DNA of 64,000 nucleotides from Patescibacteria group bacterium (GTDB lineage Bacteria > Patescibacteriota > Patescibacteriia > UBA2591 > JAQUPP01), in NCBI GenBank assembly GCA_028716665.1, contig JAQUPP010000002.1, positions 75,717 to 139,716 on the forward strand, given 5' to 3'. Made by a program: the position numbers and the translations under genes. The notes under the pieces were generated by a model. It did not search any database, had not been told where the DNA came from, and was given only the letters and a program-made list of their open reading frames with translations. Below are positions 8,280-18,698 of the stretch, piece after piece (the first letter of the stretch is position 1; every line of letters starts with the position of its first letter).

Positions 8280-9608
8280 ATGTTAAAATCAATTCTTAAA
8301 AAAATTATTCCCAAAAAATTATTTATTTTTTATTACCAGTCTTTAGCTTTATTGGCTGCTTTTTTTTATAATCAGCCGAGCCAAAAAATGATTGTTATCG
8401 GCATAACCGGCACGGCCGGTAAGTCAACTGTGGTAAATTTGGTCGGTCGGATTTTGGAAAAAGCCGGCTATCAATGCGGTTGGGCGACAACTTTCAATTT
8501 TAAAGTGGGCCCAAAAGAGTGGATTAATAAGACAAAAATGACCATGCTTGGCCGTTTTGCTCTTCAAAAAATGCTTAAACAGATGCTCGCAGCAGGCTCT
8601 AAATACGCGATAATTGAGACTTCTTCAGAAGGAATCATCCAAAGTCGCCATTTGGGAATTAATTACGATGTGGCGGTTTTTACCAATCTCAGCCCGGAAC
8701 ATATTGAATCTCACGGCGGTTTTGATAAATATCGCCAGGCCAAACAAAAACTTTTTTATAATTTAACAAAAAAACATAAACGAATTAATGGTCGGACGAT
8801 TAAGAAGGTGATTGTTGCTAATTTGGATGACGAAAATGCGGAACATTTTTTAAAATTTCCGGCTGATGAAAAATATGGCTATACAATTAAGAATCTAGAA
8901 TCTAGAATTAAGAATTTAGAAGGATTAAAAGTTGTTAAAGCCGAAAATATCTGTTTGGATTCAAATAATTCTAAATTCCAAATTCTAAATTCCAAATTCA
9001 TAATTAATTTAGCCGGAGAGTTTAATGTTTATAATTCTTTGGCGGCGATTTGTGTTGCCTTATCTCAAGGAGTGAGTTTGGAAATTTGCCAAAAAGCGCT
9101 GGAAGAAATTGAACTAATGCCCGGCCGAATGGAAAAAATAATTACTCATCCGTTTGAAGTAATCGTTGATTATGCGCATACTCCGGAGAGCTTAGAGCAA
9201 GTTTATAAAACTCTTCAAAATTCCAAATTCCAAATTCCAAATTCCAAATTGATATGTGTGCTTGGCGCGGCCGGCGGGGGACGGGACAAATGGAAAAGAC
9301 CGAAATTGGGAGAACTGGCGGAAAAATATTGTGATCATATTATCATTACCAACGAAGATCCGTATAATGAAAATCCGGAAAAAATTATTGATGAAATAAT
9401 TTCCGGAATTAAAAATAAAAATCAAGATAAAATTTTAAAAATTATTGATCGGAGAGAGGCGATTAGAAAAGCTTTAAGTTTGGCCAAAGAAAAAGACGTG
9501 GTGGTGATAACAGGCAAGGGGTGCGAGCAGTGCATTATGGGTCAGAATAATACCAGGTTTTTTTGGGATGATAGAGAGGTGGCAAAAGAAGAATTTAATA
9601 AAATATAG
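8280..9608 (+). CDS. Mur ligase family protein (MurE-like UDP-MurNAc-tripeptide synthetase)
   Basis: P-loop IGITGTAGKST. Central and C-terminal Mur ligase layout (ETSSEGI..., VDYAHTP, ITNEDP). Contains in-frame heptamer repeat arrays. Confidence 0.6.
   Translation: MLKSILKKIIPKKLFIFYYQSLALLAAFFYNQPSQKMIVIGITGTAGKSTVVNLVGRILEKAGYQCGWATTFNFKVGPKEWINKTKMTMLGRFALQKMLKQMLAAGSKYAIIETSSEGIIQSRHLGINYDVAVFTNLSPEHIESHGGFDKYRQAKQKLFYNLTKKHKRINGRTIKKVIVANLDDENAEHFLKFPADEKYGYTIKNLESRIKNLEGLKVVKAENICLDSNNSKFQILNSKFIINLAGEFNVYNSLAAICVALSQGVSLEICQKALEEIELMPGRMEKIITHPFEVIVDYAHTPESLEQVYKTLQNSKFQIPNSKLICVLGAAGGGRDKWKRPKLGELAEKYCDHIIITNEDPYNENPEKIIDEIISGIKNKNQDKILKIIDRREAIRKALSLAKEKDVVVITGKGCEQCIMGQNNTRFFWDDREVAKEEFNKI
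8888..9003. repeat. Two inverted arrays of 4-6 tandem TTCYNRA heptamers inside the Mur ligase CDS (8888-8923 and 8967-9003)
   Basis: Read directly. The reverse complement of the first array equals the unit of the second. Confidence 0.8.
9219..9250 (+). repeat. Third tandem array (TTCCAAA x4) inside the Mur ligase CDS
   Basis: Read directly. Confidence 0.8.
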
Positions 9609-9697
9609 TTTTTTAAATTTGGGGGTAAACTGTGGAAAACCCAGATTTACCTTTATTTAAGCCAAAATAGGCGAGTTAAAAATATTTTATAATGGGT

Positions 9698-9732
9698 TGA
9701 CAAAAAACGGCTTATTTGCTATCATGTATAAG
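9698..9732 (+). promoter_or_regulatory. Sigma70-like promoter upstream of rpoB (TTGACA-17-TATCAT)
   Basis: Consensus hexamers with 17-nt spacing. Confidence 0.45.
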
Positions 9733-9873
9733 TATTAAAATAAATAGACCAATAATTTTGTATATTCGGTCAACTAAAATTTAGTAGAAATAAAAAGGTT
9801 CCTGACGCTAAAAGTAGCGGAAGGTAATTTTTCTGTATCCCGTTTTTATTTAATAATTTTTTTAAATTTTAAT

Positions 9874-12800
9874 ATGTCTCGTACTCCTAGAAAATATTTT
9901 TCAAAATCTCGTTTTAGTATAGGATTGCCGGATTTGATTCAGATACAAAAAGATTCTTATAAATGGTTTTTGGACAAAGGGATTAAAGAATTATTGCAAG
10001 AATTTTCGCCTATTGAAGATTTTGTCGGTAAAAATTTCGAATTGAAATTTTTGGATTATAAAATCGGCGAACCGAAGTTCGACGAAGTTACTTCTAAAAA
10101 TAGAAATTTGAATTACGAAGTGCCACTCAAAGTCAAAGTGCGATTAACCAGCAGGTTAACCGGAAAAAGGGTAGACCAAGAAGTTTATTTTGGAGACCTT
10201 CCACTGATGACCGATCGGGGCACTTTTATTATTAACGGAATTGAAAGAGTCATTGTTAAACAATTAATCAGATCGCCCGGCGTGTTTTTTGACACGGAAT
10301 TAGTCAAGGGGCGATTTTCTTATAAAACAAAAATTATTCCCGAGAGAGGAGCTTGGCTTGAATTTGAAATTGATCCTCATAAAATTATTTATGTCAGAAT
10401 TGATCGTCAGAGAAAAACTCCGGTTTCTTCTCTTTTGAGAGTTTTCGGCGTCGGTTCGGATCAGGAAATTTTAGATTTATTCACGCCGAAAAATTTACCC
10501 AAAACAAAAGAAGAAGTAAAAAAAGAAATTCCTTATCTTGATTATATCAGAGCAACCATAGAAAAAGATCCGTCGTCTTCCGAAGATGAAGGATTAATTG
10601 AAGTTTATCGAAAAATCAGACCCGGAGATTTGGCTACCGTGGATAATGCCCGCAGCTTGATCCACGCCATGTTTTTCAATCCTCATCGTTACGATTTAAG
10701 CAAAGTCGGACGTTTCAAAATAAATGAAAGATTTAATTTTTCCGACAAAGTTGATGAGCGCGTTGTTCGAGTTGAGGACTTGGTGAGAATTCTTAAAGAA
10801 TTGATTAAATTGGATTATCATCAATTGATTGCCGATGATATTGATCATTTGGCAAATCGAAGAATCAGAGCCGTAGGCGAGTTGGTTCAAAACAGAATCA
10901 GAGTGGGCTTATTAAGGCTTCAGCGCATTGTCAGAGACAGAATGAGTACTTTGGAAGGCAAGAATTTATTGCCCGGACAATTGATTAATGTCAGACCGAT
11001 TAGCGGAGTAATTCGCGAATTTTTCATGTCCAGTCAGTTATCTCAATTTATGGATCAAACCAATCCGCTTTCAGAATTGGAACATAAGCGCAGATTAACC
11101 GTGGCCGGTCCCGGCGGTTTAAGCCGAGACAGAGCCGGTTTTGAAGTGCGCGATGTGCATCGAACTTTTTATGGAAAAATTTGTCCAATTGCCACACCGG
11201 AAGGACCAAACGTCGGTTTAGTCGGACACTTGGCTTGCTATGCCCGACTTGATGAATACGGATTTATTGAAACGCCTTACCGCAAAGTGACAAACGGAGT
11301 TTTAACAAATCAAATTGTTTATTTGAATTCTTTAGATGAAGATCGACATACCACGGCTCCATTTTCCACTCAGTTTGATGAAAACGGAAGAATCGTTGAG
11401 CAAAAAGTGGAAGCAAGGGTTAACGGCCGTCCGGGTTTTAGCACAAGAGATAAAGTGGAATTTATCGATGTGGCGCCAAACCAAATTGTCAGTGTCGGCA
11501 CTTCATTGATTCCATTTTTGGAACACGACGATGGTGTCAGAGCCTTGATGGGAACAAACATGCAACGTCAGGCTGTTCCTTTAATCAGACCGGAAGCTCC
11601 GCTTGTCGGAACCGGTATTGAAGCTAATATTGCCAAGGATTCCGGTTATTTAATACAAGCTGATATGTCAGGCAAGGTAACAGAAGTTGACGGCAATCAT
11701 GTTAAAATTTCAAATAAAAGCGGTAAAACCAGAACTTATAATTTAATCAAATACGATCGCTCAAATTTTGATACTTGTATTAATCAAAAACCCGTAGTGG
11801 AAAAAGGACAAGAAGTTGAGCCGGGTGATATTTTAGTGGAAGGTTCGGCAATGGAAGACGGGGAATTGGCACTCGGTCATAATATTTTAGTGGCCTTTAT
11901 GTCTTGGGAAGGAGGCAATTATGAAGATGCTATTTTGTTATCTTCAAAATTGGTCCAGCAAGATAAATTCAGTTCAATTTATATTGACGAACATATTATT
12001 GAAGTTCGCGAAACAAAATTCGGTCCGGAAGTGATTACTCGCGACATACCGAATGTCAGTGAAGAAAAATTAAAAAATCTTGATGATGAAGGCATTGTCA
12101 GAATCGGCGCCGAAGTCAAATCAGGAGATATTTTAGTCGGTAAAATTACGCCAAAAGGCGAAATGGAATTATCGGCTGAAGAAAAACTTTTACGCGCTAT
12201 CTTTGGAGAAAAAGCCCGCGATGTTCGCGATACTTCTCTTTATCTTGAACACGGCGAACATGGAAAAGTAATCAGTATTAAAATATTCTCGCGTGATGCA
12301 GGAGACAAGCTTCCGCCAGGCGTAGTCAAATCAATTAAAGTTTTGGTTGCTGATTTGAGAAAAGCGCAAGTGGGAGACAAAATGGCAGGCCGACACGGAA
12401 ATAAAGGTGTAATTTCCAGAATTGTTCCTGAAGAAAATATGCCGTATTTGGAAGACGGCACGCCGGTTGATATTATTTTAAATCCGCTTGGCGTAGTTTC
12501 CAGAATGAATTTGGGACAAATCTTAGAAACACACATGGGCTTTGCCGCTCAAAAATTAGGTTATAAAGTGGCTACCCCGGCCTTTAATGGTATTAATGAA
12601 AAAACAATCAAAGAAGAATTGGTTAAAGCCGGTTATCCGGCCAGCGGAAAAATGACTCTTTATGATGGCCGCAATGGTTTAAAATTTGAAGAACCGGTAA
12701 CCGTCGGATATATTTACATGTTGAAATTAAATCACTTGGTTGAAGATAAAATTCATCAACGTTCAATCGGTCCTTATTCATTGATTACGCAGCAGCCACT

Positions 12801-13098
12801 CGGCGGACGAGCTCAATTCGGCGGACAGAGATTCGGTGAAATGGAAGTCTGGGCGCTTGAAGGTTATGGCGCGGCTCATTCGTTACAGGAAATGCTGACA
12901 ATCAAATCAGACGATGTACCCGGCCGAACCAAAGCTTATGAATCAATTATCAAAGGCGAACCGGTGAGAGAAGTTCACATCCCGGAATCTTTTAACGTTT
13001 TGGTAAACGAATTGAGAGGATTGGGATTGAGCGTGGAAATGTTAAGAGACGGTAAATGCGTAAATACCGAACCAAATAAACCGAATAAAAAATCATAA
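9874..13098 (+). CDS. rpoB: DNA-directed RNA polymerase subunit beta
   Basis: Full-length conserved beta subunit motifs throughout. Confidence 0.95.
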   Translation: MSRTPRKYFSKSRFSIGLPDLIQIQKDSYKWFLDKGIKELLQEFSPIEDFVGKNFELKFLDYKIGEPKFDEVTSKNRNLNYEVPLKVKVRLTSRLTGKRVDQEVYFGDLPLMTDRGTFIINGIERVIVKQLIRSPGVFFDTELVKGRFSYKTKIIPERGAWLEFEIDPHKIIYVRIDRQRKTPVSSLLRVFGVGSDQEILDLFTPKNLPKTKEEVKKEIPYLDYIRATIEKDPSSSEDEGLIEVYRKIRPGDLATVDNARSLIHAMFFNPHRYDLSKVGRFKINERFNFSDKVDERVVRVEDLVRILKELIKLDYHQLIADDIDHLANRRIRAVGELVQNRIRVGLLRLQRIVRDRMSTLEGKNLLPGQLINVRPISGVIREFFMSSQLSQFMDQTNPLSELEHKRRLTVAGPGGLSRDRAGFEVRDVHRTFYGKICPIATPEGPNVGLVGHLACYARLDEYGFIETPYRKVTNGVLTNQIVYLNSLDEDRHTTAPFSTQFDENGRIVEQKVEARVNGRPGFSTRDKVEFIDVAPNQIVSVGTSLIPFLEHDDGVRALMGTNMQRQAVPLIRPEAPLVGTGIEANIAKDSGYLIQADMSGKVTEVDGNHVKISNKSGKTRTYNLIKYDRSNFDTCINQKPVVEKGQEVEPGDILVEGSAMEDGELALGHNILVAFMSWEGGNYEDAILLSSKLVQQDKFSSIYIDEHIIEVRETKFGPEVITRDIPNVSEEKLKNLDDEGIVRIGAEVKSGDILVGKITPKGEMELSAEEKLLRAIFGEKARDVRDTSLYLEHGEHGKVISIKIFSRDAGDKLPPGVVKSIKVLVADLRKAQVGDKMAGRHGNKGVISRIVPEENMPYLEDGTPVDIILNPLGVVSRMNLGQILETHMGFAAQKLGYKVATPAFNGINEKTIKEELVKAGYPASGKMTLYDGRNGLKFEEPVTVGYIYMLKLNHLVEDKIHQRSIGPYSLITQQPLGGRAQFGGQRFGEMEVWALEGYGAAHSLQEMLTIKSDDVPGRTKAYESIIKGEPVREVHIPESFNVLVNELRGLGLSVEMLRDGKCVNTEPNKPNKKS

Positions 13099-13126
13099 TT
13101 AATTTTCATTTTATATTTTATTTTTT

Positions 13127-16100
13127 ATGTCTACTCCTTCAACAATTAGAACATTGTCTTTGCCGGATGAAAAGTTAAGGAAGAATTCTGATTTTGATTC
13201 TATCAGACTGAAAATCGCTTCACCTGAAGAAATACTTAATTGGTCTTATGGAGAAGTGATAAAACCTGAGACTATCAATTATAGAACCGAGAGACCGGAA
13301 CGAGACGGTTTGTTTTGCGAAAGAATTTTCGGTCCGACCAAAGATTGGCAATGCTCTTGCGGAAAATATAAAAAAATTCGCTATCGCGGAATTGTTTGTG
13401 ATCGATGCGGAGTGGAAGTAACCAGGTCAATCGTCAGAAGAGAAAGAATGGGACACATAAAATTGACCGTGCCGGTGACTCATATTTGGTTTTTGCGCGG
13501 CGTACCTTCAAAAATAGGATTGATTTTGGATATGTCCATTCAGTCTTTGGAAAAAGTGGTTTATTTCGCCAATTTCATTATTACTGAAGTTAAAGAAGAT
13601 TTAAAAAAAGCCACTCTTGATGAAATAGAACAAGAATATAAAGACAAAAAGAAACAAATTAAAAATGAATTGACAGGTGAAGAATTTAATAAAGAGACAG
13701 ATCGGCTCAAAGCTTTATACGATGAAACAAAAAAAGAAATAAACAGTATTCATATTAAAAATTTATTAACCGAACCGCAATACAGAGATTTATCTTTAAA
13801 ATACGGACATTTTTTTGAAGTTGGCATTGGCGCTGATGCGGTCTCAAAACTTCTTCAAAATGTTGATTTGTTGAAATTGATCAAAGATTTGGAAAAAGAA
13901 ATAAAACACACCATTAATCTTTTGAAAAGACAAAAATTGATCAAAAGATTGAAATATATTAAAAATTTTCATAACAACAAACTCAAGCCGGAGAATATGG
14001 TTTTGACCGTTATTCCGGTTATTCCGCCTGATTTGCGCCCGCTCGTTCAACTTGACGGAGGCAGATTCGCTTCTTCCGACTTGAATGATTTATACAGAAG
14101 GGTTATTAATCGCAATAACAGATTGAAACGTTTGCACGAACTCAATGCGCCGGAAGTAATTTTACGAAATGAAAAAAGAATGCTTCAAGAAGCAGTTGAT
14201 TCTTTAATGGATAATGATATGCGAAGCGGAAAAACAGTGGTTGCTTCCACTGGTCAGCAAAGACCGTTAAAATCTTTAGCTGATATTTTGAAAGGCAAAC
14301 AAGGAAGGTTTCGTCAAAATCTTTTGGGAAAAAGAGTTGATTATTCCGGACGTTCAGTTATCGTTGTCGGTCCGAAATTGAAACTTTATCAATGCGGTTT
14401 GCCAAAAACAATGGCTATCGAACTTTTCAAACCGTTTATTGCCTGCGAACTTATTAAAAGGGGATTGGTTCACAATGTCCGCAGCGCCAATCGCTTGATA
14501 GAACAGGGGACGGAAGATGTTTGGGCTATTTTGGAAACAATTATTCAAACCGCTTATGTATTATTAAACCGCGCGCCAACCTTGCATCGTTTGGGCGTTC
14601 AAGCTTTTCAGCCGGTTCTGATAGAAGGAAAAGCAATTCAAATTCATCCTTTGGTTTGCGCCGCTTTTAATGCTGACTTTGACGGAGATCAAATGGCTGT
14701 TCATATTCCTATTACTGAAGAAGCGCGCCGAGAAGCCAAGGAAATTTTATTATCATCTAAAAATCTTTTAAAACCCGCAACCGGAGAACCGATTATTATT
14801 CCGGCCAAAGATATGGTTTGGGGAGCTTATTGGATGACGACATTGGAGAAAAAAGAAAAACAAGAAATGAAATTTTTCTCTTCTCAAAATGAAGCTGAGT
14901 TGGCTTATAAATTGGGCAAGGTCAGTTTGCGTCAGATTATTAAAGCAAGAGTGCTTGATCCTTCAAATAATAAAGATATAAAAATATTGGAAACCAGTGT
15001 TGGAAGATTGATTTTTAATTCCATTTTACCTGTTGGGCTTTATAAAATGGACAAAGTAGTGGATAAAAATAAATTAAAACAAATCATTGAAGATTGTTTG
15101 GAAATTTACGACGAAGAAACGACAGTCACGATGCTTGATAAAATAAAAGAAACTACTTTTTCTTATTTAACCACTTCCGGTCTTTCTTGGGGGATGGATG
15201 ATTTACCGACTCTTGAAGGAAAAGATAAAATTATCAAAGAAGCGGAGAAAAAAGTGGATGAAGTCCAGGATCAATTCAATATGGGTCTTTTAACCGAAGA
15301 AGAACGGTATCAGAAAAGCGTTGCCGTTTGGTTAAGCGCCAAAGATGTTATCGTTGATCTTTGTAAAAAATCTTTATCTTACACAAATACGGTTATTTCC
15401 ATGGTTAACTCCGGAGCAAGAGGTTCTTGGGCGCAGTTAGCTCAGATGTTCGGTACAAAAGGTATTGTTTCTTCGCCAACCGGAAGATTGATTGAATTGC
15501 CCATTAAATCTTCTTTTAAAGAAGGGTTTAATGTTTTGGAATTCTTCATCGCCACTCATGGTTCAAGAAAAGGTGTTTCTGATACGGCTTTGAGAACCGC
15601 CAGTGCCGGTTATCTTACTCGAAGAATGGTTGATGTTTGTCAAGATATATTAATTAATGAAGAAGATTGCGGAGACAAAGAAGGATTTAAAATAACCAGA
15701 GAAGATAATAAAATAATGGGTGAAACATGGGAGGCCAGATTATTAGGCCGAACTTCATTGGTAGAAATTAAAGATCCGAAAACAGGTAAGGTTGTCGTTA
15801 AAGCCAATGAAATTGTTACCAGAGATATTGCCAAAAAAATTAATGAAATTGATCCGGAAGAATTTATTATTCGTTCGGTTTTGACTTGCAAAAGCGACAA
15901 AGGAATATGCGCCAAGTGTTATGGTTATGATTTAGGTTTTAATAAACCGGTTAAACTTGGTGTTCCGGTCGGTATTGTGGCCGCTCAATCCATTGGTGAA
16001 CCTGGTACGCAGCTTACCTTAAGAACCTTCCATACGGGAGGTATTGCCGGTAAAGATATTACCCAAGGTTTGCCGAGAGTTGAAGAACTTTTTGAAGCCA

Positions 16101-16924
16101 GGCCGGTTAAAAGAAAAGCGGTTATGGCTCGACATAACGGCAATGCGGAATATATTGACGAAAATGATCAAAAAATTATTAAAATTAAATATCGCGGCGC
16201 GAAAGAAGATGTTTTTGTCATTCATGAAGATGAAGCATGGGATGTCAAAGTTAAAGAAGGCAAGACGGTTGATAAAAATGATGTTCTGGCGGTTTTTGAG
16301 AAACAAAAGATTGTTGCCAAACATAAGGGTGAAGTTAAATTTGACGGTAATTTTATTAAAGTGGTTTATGAGGACGATGACGCGGAAGAATACGACGTGG
16401 CCGGTTATACCGTCTGGATAAAAAATGGTGCTAAAGTGGAAGTCGGGCAGCAATTGACCGATGGATCTCTTGATTTATTGGAATTGTATGAATTAAGAGG
16501 AAAAGAAGCGGTCGCAAAGTATATTCTTAAAGAAATTCAATATATTTATTCTTCACAAGGACAGAAAGTTAATGACAAACATGTGGAAACGCTTGTTCGC
16601 CAAATGTTTTCAAGATGTTTGGTCAAAGAAAGCGGCGATACGAATCTTTTGTCCGGCGAAACAATATCCAAGGGTTATTTAATCAGATGCAATAAAGAGG
16701 TTAAAAAAGACGGAGGAGAATTGGCTGAAGCGGAAGAATTGTTATTGGGAATCACCCGTGTGTCTCTTTCAACCGACAGTTGGTTGTCCGCAGCTTCTTT
16801 CCAGGAAACACCGAGAGTTTTGATTAATGCGGCCGTAAGCGGCAGAAGAGATGAACTGAAAGGATTAAAAGAAAATGTTATTATCGGCAGATTGATTCCG
16901 GCAGGTACGGCTTGGAAAAAATAA
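13127..16924 (+). CDS. rpoC: DNA-directed RNA polymerase subunit beta'
   Basis: Zn-finger CxxC N-terminus, NADFDGD catalytic motif, conserved C-terminal region. Confidence 0.95.
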   Translation: MSTPSTIRTLSLPDEKLRKNSDFDSIRLKIASPEEILNWSYGEVIKPETINYRTERPERDGLFCERIFGPTKDWQCSCGKYKKIRYRGIVCDRCGVEVTRSIVRRERMGHIKLTVPVTHIWFLRGVPSKIGLILDMSIQSLEKVVYFANFIITEVKEDLKKATLDEIEQEYKDKKKQIKNELTGEEFNKETDRLKALYDETKKEINSIHIKNLLTEPQYRDLSLKYGHFFEVGIGADAVSKLLQNVDLLKLIKDLEKEIKHTINLLKRQKLIKRLKYIKNFHNNKLKPENMVLTVIPVIPPDLRPLVQLDGGRFASSDLNDLYRRVINRNNRLKRLHELNAPEVILRNEKRMLQEAVDSLMDNDMRSGKTVVASTGQQRPLKSLADILKGKQGRFRQNLLGKRVDYSGRSVIVVGPKLKLYQCGLPKTMAIELFKPFIACELIKRGLVHNVRSANRLIEQGTEDVWAILETIIQTAYVLLNRAPTLHRLGVQAFQPVLIEGKAIQIHPLVCAAFNADFDGDQMAVHIPITEEARREAKEILLSSKNLLKPATGEPIIIPAKDMVWGAYWMTTLEKKEKQEMKFFSSQNEAELAYKLGKVSLRQIIKARVLDPSNNKDIKILETSVGRLIFNSILPVGLYKMDKVVDKNKLKQIIEDCLEIYDEETTVTMLDKIKETTFSYLTTSGLSWGMDDLPTLEGKDKIIKEAEKKVDEVQDQFNMGLLTEEERYQKSVAVWLSAKDVIVDLCKKSLSYTNTVISMVNSGARGSWAQLAQMFGTKGIVSSPTGRLIELPIKSSFKEGFNVLEFFIATHGSRKGVSDTALRTASAGYLTRRMVDVCQDILINEEDCGDKEGFKITREDNKIMGETWEARLLGRTSLVEIKDPKTGKVVVKANEIVTRDIAKKINEIDPEEFIIRSVLTCKSDKGICAKCYGYDLGFNKPVKLGVPVGIVAAQSIGEPGTQLTLRTFHTGGIAGKDITQGLPRVEELFEARPVKRKAVMARHNGNAEYIDENDQKIIKIKYRGAKEDVFVIHEDEAWDVKVKEGKTVDKNDVLAVFEKQKIVAKHKGEVKFDGNFIKVVYEDDDAEEYDVAGYTVWIKNGAKVEVGQQLTDGSLDLLELYELRGKEAVAKYILKEIQYIYSSQGQKVNDKHVETLVRQMFSRCLVKESGDTNLLSGETISKGYLIRCNKEVKKDGGELAEAEELLLGITRVSLSTDSWLSAASFQETPRVLINAAVSGRRDELKGLKENVIIGRLIPAGTAWKK

Positions 16925-16948
16925 AGAGTTTTTATAATATTTAGTCAG

Positions 16949-17728
16949 ATGACAAAGAAATTAACAAATTTTTTGTTTATTCTAATTATAGGGTGTATTG
17001 TCCCCAAAATAGTTTTTGGGGACAATTTTAATTCAGTTGATATTGAAAAGGCGAAAAGCTTGGAGGCGAATCAAAAAGTGAAAGTTCAGGGTATTGTTAT
17101 AGTGGAACCGGACGTTTTATCCAGTCAATTTTTTTATCTTAACGGCATTCAAATTTATTCTTACAAAAAAGATTTCCCTCAATTATCTGTTGGCGACGAA
17201 GTTTCGGTACAGGGAATAATTTCAAAAATTAAGGGTGAAACAAGAATTAAAACAGCCACTAAAAATGATATTAAAGTTCTAAATAGGGGAATGGCGGCTG
17301 CGCCTCAGATAAAAGAAATAAAGGAAATTAATTTCCAATCAATCGGTTATTTGATAAAAATATCCGGTAAAGTGATTGAAAGAACAGGCACTAATGTTTT
17401 TATTAATGACAATACAGGCGAGATACTGGCTTATTTCAAACAATATGTTAAAATAGATTTGTCAAAAATTAAAGAAGGAGATGTAATTGAAATTACCGGA
17501 ATTTTAGCCCAGAATAATGATACTTGGCGTCTTTTGCCTCGCTTGGCCGAAGATATTAAAATTTTATCCGTTAATCAAAATATTCAATCAAAGCCGAATC
17601 TTTATTTATTGGGTTCAACTGCCAAGGTGATTGATTTCCAAAAATTAAAACCGTATTTTATCGCCAGTTCTGTCGTTTTACTTCTTGCCTTAATCATCTT
17701 TTTAATTATTAAAAATAAACAAAAATAA
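16949..17728 (+). CDS. hypothetical secreted/membrane-anchored protein (N-terminal signal/TM, C-terminal TM)
   Basis: Hydrophobic termini, no recognisable catalytic motif. Confidence 0.45.
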   Translation: MTKKLTNFLFILIIGCIVPKIVFGDNFNSVDIEKAKSLEANQKVKVQGIVIVEPDVLSSQFFYLNGIQIYSYKKDFPQLSVGDEVSVQGIISKIKGETRIKTATKNDIKVLNRGMAAAPQIKEIKEINFQSIGYLIKISGKVIERTGTNVFINDNTGEILAYFKQYVKIDLSKIKEGDVIEITGILAQNNDTWRLLPRLAEDIKILSVNQNIQSKPNLYLLGSTAKVIDFQKLKPYFIASSVVLLLALIIFLIIKNKQK

Positions 17729-17732
17729 TTTT

Positions 17733-18200
17733 ATGGAACGAACATTAGTTTTATTAAAACCGGATGCTCTTCAAAGAAATTTATTGGGCGAAATTGTTTC
17801 GCGTTTTGAAAGAAAGGGACTTAAAATTGTCGGAATCAAAATGATGAAATTGTCAGATGAAGTTTTGGCTGATCATTATTCTCATCATCGTGACAAGCCG
17901 TTTTTTGGCAAGTTGGTTAATTTTATGCAAAGCGCGCCGGTAGTAGCCATGGTCTTGGAAGGAATAGAAGCAATAGGAGCGGTACGGCTTTTATGCGGTC
18001 CAACTTCTGGACGCAAGGCTGATGCAGGCAGTATCAGGGGTGATTTTTCAATGAGCGTTCAACATAATATCGTTCATGCTTCAGATTCACTAGAGTCGGC
18101 AGAAAAGGAAATTTGGAGATTTTTTAATCAAAATGAAATTTTCGATTATCCCAAAATAGATCTTTCTGCCATTTACGGCGAAGAAGATTTGGAGAAATAA
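17733..18200 (+). CDS. ndk: nucleoside diphosphate kinase
   Basis: LVLLKPDA, GLKIVG and NIVHASDS motifs. Confidence 0.85.
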   Translation: MERTLVLLKPDALQRNLLGEIVSRFERKGLKIVGIKMMKLSDEVLADHYSHHRDKPFFGKLVNFMQSAPVVAMVLEGIEAIGAVRLLCGPTSGRKADAGSIRGDFSMSVQHNIVHASDSLESAEKEIWRFFNQNEIFDYPKIDLSAIYGEEDLEK

Positions 18201-18207
18201 AACGGGG

Positions 18208-18236
18208 TTGACATTTTCTAAAATTTTTGATATTAT
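18208..18236 (+). promoter_or_regulatory. Consensus promoter (GGGGTTGACA-17-TATTAT), near-identical to the one at 24692
   Basis: Read directly. Followed by a strong AAGGAGG RBS. Confidence 0.5.
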
Positions 18237-18272
18237 GTAGATAATATATAGTTCGTAAAAAAGGAGGAAAAT

Positions 18273-18698
18273 GTGAAAGATAAAATCTTTGAATTATTTT
18301 TTGGCAGTTATTGTTGGTGGAGATTTGCGCTACAAATGTTTTTTGGTTGGTTATTGCTTGTCGTCTCCACTATTTTAATTGTTTTAACTTCAGTCTCGGA
18401 AATAGTTTGTAATGTTTTGGGTGCGCTCATTTTAAGAGAGCCGCGCTTGGCTGAAAAAATAGAAATTAATTGGTTTGGGAAATCCACAATTATAAAATTT
18501 CTAGAATTTGAAGAAGAATTTTTCAGACAAATGTCAATATTCGGAATAGAGGAGAATGATCTTATTTGGTTTTGTTGGCGGATATTTATAACTATTCCTT
18601 ATAGCTTGCCGTTTATTTTGATAATGGAAATAGCCATAAAGATTGTTGATTTAATCAACCGAGGTCTTTATTGGTTGTGCCGAGGGGGTGAAGAATGA
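18273..18698 (+). CDS. hypothetical integral membrane protein
   Basis: Strong SD, GTG/ATG start, several hydrophobic helices. Confidence 0.45.
   Translation: MKDKIFELFFGSYCWWRFALQMFFGWLLLVVSTILIVLTSVSEIVCNVLGALILREPRLAEKIEINWFGKSTIIKFLEFEEEFFRQMSIFGIEENDLIWFCWRIFITIPYSLPFILIMEIAIKIVDLINRGLYWLCRGGEE

Noticed and set aside
8888-9250. Possible CRISPR array suggested by the short tandem repeats
   Set aside because: The units are 7 bp with no spacers and lie inside a coding sequence. No cas genes. This is a microsatellite-like array, not CRISPR.
16019-16453. ORFs of 125-144 aa on both strands inside rpoC
   Set aside because: Embedded in the unambiguous rpoC reading frame. Shadow ORFs.
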